Shown here in pieces: positions 59,992 to 64,000 of a stretch of DNA of 64,000 nt. The notes under the pieces were generated by a model. The model was given only the letters and a program-made list of their open reading frames with translations. It was not told the DNA's origin and searched no databases. Positions within the stretch are counted from its first letter, which is position 1; every line of letters starts with the position of its first letter. The translations under genes were made by a program, and so were the position numbers. The DNA comes from Neoechinorhynchus agilis (taxonomy: Eukaryota; Animalia; Acanthocephala), in contig CM121343.1 of assembly GCA_051530055.1 (NCBI GenBank), positions 7,566,044-7,630,043 of the forward strand, given 5' to 3'.

Positions 59992-60938
59992 CGGCTTTAA
60001 TCTTAAAATATGAATGTTCAAACGGTGCATAAAGAGTTTAAGCACAAAATCCACCTGACTCCACGGATTTTAAGCATCTATTTTTTTTCTAGTTGCTTAT
60101 CACAACATCGCTTGTGATCAATTGTAAAATCGGCGAAAATAATCCTTTTTTTTGGTGTGCTCCAATAATAAACTGCAACCGGAGGAGGAACCAGAAACCA
60201 CAAGGACAACGTCGAATCTGATGAGTTTTATATCAGACGAAACCACACAGGAAGCCTACTCGCTAGTTATTCGAGATAAATCTAATTTTAAAGATGCTTT
60301 AAAAGTTAATCTTCCATTTTGGGCCGCCGCCGTCGCTACAAAATGCCTGACGACCACCACTAAAGTTTTTAGAAACGGCAAATGACGTGTACTTCTAGGC
60401 CGAACAAATCCTAAAGGAAAATGAACCGCGAGTGACTCCTATAAAAATTTAAGTAGCCGGAAATCATGCGCGCGGGTGCGTCAAGGTCTTTAGTGTGGTC
60501 TTATCTACAAACGCACAAATGGCACGGAAGTGATTGCGGCACATAACGGAGCCAAGAGGCGCGCGTTCTATGGACATTTAACGAAATTCAGCCATAATGA
60601 GCTTACGGATTGAGTTTAACTCCAATTTTGCTAAAATTGTGCTTGTAAAATTTAAAAATTCTCATTGTGACTGAGTTTAGTTTGAAATGTAACATTTTTA
60701 CAGGGTGGAAGTCCGTGCTTTATTGAGAAATCGGTTGATCCAATAGATACAATTCCATCTTTCAAAATCTATAGATTAGAGAAGCACTCTACGATCATTG
60801 TTTGGAGCTTTTTTTTACCGTGATCGGAAAATGTACATTTTTAAAAGAAATCGAATCTAATCGTCGGATCATATTCACAAATAGTTAAACGCATCCATAT
60901 TTCTAAGATAACGAAATTGTACTTTTGTCACGAACTCA

Positions 60939-61260
60939 GATAATTCGGCTGGAGCGTGCCCTTCTTCAGACACGTTCTGCACTAGTTGATCTTATTTAAG
61001 ACCAAGGTTGTTGTTCAAATTCATCACGATCGTCAACTTTGAGAATCAATGTATGACAAGAATATTGGCACCAGTGTGCTTGGTTTTTTTATTTGATTAT
61101 TTGAAATATTGGTATTCTTGGCTAATATTCGGGGTTATTGTTGTTTGGGTCGCTTGTCAATAACACTCGACAGAGGAATCGCGTTACGTCTATTGATTCC
61201 CGGGTTCCCAAGTCAAAACAATCATTTGATGTGTGTTTGTGACCAACATATCTTCCCATT
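60939..61260 (-). mobile_element. Possible decayed Penelope-like 3' end with degenerate hammerhead
   Basis: Minus strand CTGAAGA AG GGC ACGCTCCA GCC GAAT. Upstream GIY-YIG-like traces: GRYVG, ILAKNTN, DDRDEFEQQPW*. Confidence 0.3.
61136..61190 (+). repeat. Second solo diverged monomer fragment of satellite family B
   Basis: TTGTTGTTTGGGTCGCTTGTCAATAACACTCGACAGAGGAATCGCGTTA aligns with TTGTTGTTATTTAGGTCGCTGGTCCACCAAACCCGAGAGGGGTCGCGWTA. Confidence 0.6.
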
Positions 61261-61557
61261 TTGTAGATAGAATTGATAATGACTGATTCAATCATGTCTA
61301 GTTTATTAAAACCATTATCCGAGTTATAGCCCCGATACGTATAGTCTCAAAAAAATATTTCGGATTGGAATGAGTGGCTACTTGCATAAAGCAAAGATTC
61401 TCTTGTTTGGGAGAATGACAGTCTTTGCTGTTGGTGCTTCATTTCAGCGACCGAGAAAACAAAGTTAGACCAAAAGATCCGCGATGCTCTTTTATAATAT
61501 TATAGAATTATAAAAGCTGCTTAATCCGTTAATTCAAAAATTTGTCTCAATGAGCAT

Positions 61558-63823
61558 TGTGATATCATTAGACAAAATGTTAATCAACACCGTTGCGTGG
61601 TTCGTAACTAGTTTATATATATATATACTGTGTATTCTTGAAAATCCTGTCGAGACTACCCTTTGAGTGGATTTCCTCAGCAGACTGGGCCAACAAATCC
61701 ATGCAGTGGATCGGATTATGACTTCCAAAAACGGATAGTAACTAGTATAGAATGTTGCTTCAGTTATTCAGCGACAGCATTCGATCCATGGTTTGCTTTT
61801 GCCGAATAAATTTTTTATATATATATAATTAAGCGCGCAAATACGTTTGTGTGTGTTTGTGATTGAATTAAAACCACAGTTTGGTTAATACAACAATTTA
61901 ATTCAATCACAAATACCAGGCAGTCCTTCGCATTTCAAGTTTACACCTCTCAAAACTTCGTTTGGCTCTTAATTGTTACTGAAATGATCGAGGCTGTCAA
62001 TGGCGTATTGAACGGTCTTGGCAATTTCAATCGCGTTGTCCAGATCCATCTAACCGTACCCTGTGTCGAATGATGGTTGATTTTAGACCGGTGATGAACA
62101 CACCACGCACCAATTCCGTTTCTGCTTCTTCTTGTTTCTTGGTGATTGGACAAACTGGTCGATATCTTCTCGCTGTTTCCTGGTCGATAGTAGATGTTTG
62201 CTAAGAATCTCGTTCGTTTTGTATAAACTTTCTATAGATGTGCTGGATTCTTCAATTAGTTCATATATTTCCGGTCCGACATAGACGAATAGGATCTCTA
62301 ATCGATTACTGTTTTCATGTAGTGTCGATAGGAAAAGTTTCGTTTCCACAATTTGTTTTGGCGAGATGCTCCATCCTCATGTGGCAACGTATTGAACTTT
62401 TCGACAATTTTAATGCCGCTTGTTGTTGTATCTGATCCGCTAGACAACGAGGAATCGCTCATTCTGATTGAATTAAATTGTTGTATTGCACTGTTTGAAA
62501 CGGTCAAATATTGGAGTTGTCTTTTTGACCATAAAACCGCTCGTTATTATTACTGACTAGAAATCTGTATCGTTCTTGATGAACCATTCGAAGAAAATCA
62601 GAAACGAATGGATATTACGGTCGCGCCTAGAATTATCTGGATTCTCATATTCGATAAGATATCGACCTGGTTGAGAGAATTAATCTGTAGATGTCATGTC
62701 TCGTGATATTTGCGCTTCCATGACAACTCGAAATGGGCAACTTCTTCAAATACACTCGGTCATCCGGACATCACTAGGTTCATGTACTTCGTGAAGGAAA
62801 ACAACCTACCGTATACGATCGAAGAAATATGGAATGTCCCGAATGTCAAATGTGTTGCAGCATAAAGCCGAGATTTTACAAACCTAACAACCTTCATCTT
62901 TTTAAAGCGACAGAGCGTTTCGAACGCTTATGGATAGATTTTAAAGGGTCCTTGCCTTCAACTACGAATGGCATATCTTTTCGTCGTCGTAGATGAATTT
63001 TCACGCGTTCCGATCGCTTTCGCTACTAGAGATTGTTCCCCTGACGCAGTCAAATCTTATTTACGGCAAATATTCGCCATTCTTGGTTGTCCTGCTTATA
63101 TCCGCTCAGACAAGGGAGCTTCATTCGTGTCCCAAAGCATACGTTCATGGTTAAATAGCTTGAGAATTTGTAGGAACAATTCAACCACATTTCATCCGCA
63201 AGGAGACGGGCAGTGTGAGGGGACAAACGGAACGATATGGAGGACGGTTCAACTCATGTTCGCTGACAAAAATATGCCCTCGAAACGATAGTCCGATATC
63301 CTTCCTGAAGCTCTTTCTAGAATACGATCCCGACTATGTACAAGTACCAATGTCACCCCTCATCAAGGAATGTTCAGTTTCGAAATACGAAAACCTCTAA
63401 CATCTTCACTGCCTACTTGGATTAATAACATCGCGACAGCATACCTAAAAAACATGCCACTGCGATCGAAATACGATGATAAGATGCGACAATCGAACAC
63501 CGAACGGTCGCCAAGAAATCGTCTCTAGTAGAAGACTGGCTCCTTTCGGAACTTATAGGCTAACCGATGACTCAAGTCCTACAGTAGATGCGGAACCTAT
63601 GGAGAAAACCGAAGATCGGTCCACTGAAGATCAGTCCAAAGATCCAGTCAGCATAGCGGCCGAAGTTCCGATCAGCACAGTGTCGTCGCAGTCGCCGATC
63701 CTTAACCATTATTAATCTAGTCTAGGATTTCAATGGATTGACGAAGGAGAGCGTGAAGTTCGACGGTCCTATCGATTACCATTTTCAAAGAAGGGGAAAA
63801 TTGTGATATCATTAAACAAAATT
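61558..63823 (+). mobile_element. Rearranged Ty3/Gypsy LTR retrotransposon: 5' LTR, inverted gag, RNase H end + integrase, PPT, truncated 3' LTR
   Basis: LTR starts TGTGATATCATTARACAAAAT at 61558 and 63802, with the PPT AAAGAAGGGGAAAA before the second. Plus strand: LELSGFSYSIRYRPG, LGHPDITRF, ERLWIDFKG, LFVVVDEFSR, IRSDKGASF and HPQGDGQCE. Gag traces lie on the minus strand at about 62083-62460. Confidence 0.85.
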
Positions 63824-63870
63824 GTACGTTGGCGAATCCTGTCCCCGGTGTTGTTGTTACTCATTTATTT

Positions 63871-63912
63871 GAGAAATATTTCGCAAGGTTTTCCTTGCCT
63901 CTTCAGTCTATC
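63871..63912 (-). ncRNA. Minimal hammerhead ribozyme motif, probable 3' end of another Penelope-like element
   Basis: Minus strand AGA CTGAAGA G GCAAGG AAAA CCTTGC GAAA TA TT TCT CAAATAAA: intact core, 6-bp stem II, palindromic AUAU stem III, 3-bp stem I, then AATAAA. Confidence 0.7.
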
Positions 63913-64000
63913 TAAAATGGAGGACATAGACAGGATGCACAGCCGGTCACGTCTGGATGTAGCCCAGATCCGCGGGTTTGCTAATACCCGAAGTGTGGCG

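Noticed and set aside
1-64000. tRNA, rRNA or alternative genetic code
   Set aside because: No tRNA cloverleaf or rRNA signature was seen. Conserved genes translate with the standard code, without systematic in-frame stops.

Overview
AT-rich eukaryotic (invertebrate metazoan) genomic DNA from a compact genome. Genes are tightly packed and many introns are only about 30-60 nt. Recognisable genes: an F-box/LRR gene, TRAM1, a Ly6/uPAR-mucin protein, a Zasp-like PDZ+ZM protein, METTL13, a possible myofilin-like protein, a divergent MTBP-like protein, an ankyrin-SOCS box protein, tropomyosin, a C2H2 zinc-finger protein, CLINT1, CMTR1, whirlin and GCLM. Almost a quarter of the window (about 15 kb) is seven short tandem arrays from five families (units of about 162, 182, 196, 196 and 240 bp) lying between genes. 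Several arrays appear to be amplified parts of foldback/MITE-like elements. The 240-bp family is a tandem palindrome whose arms resemble a Penelope-type minimal hammerhead followed by AATAAA, and one of its linkers is flipped. Also present: a decayed Penelope-like element with a terminal minimal hammerhead, a second minimal hammerhead at the window end, a CRE-like non-LTR fragment, Gypsy relics (one with an inverted gag) and several long hairpins. Single-base indels in homopolymers of conserved genes suggest uncorrected long-read errors, so frameshifts are not treated as biology. All family assignments come from recalled motifs, not database searches; the organism could not be identified.
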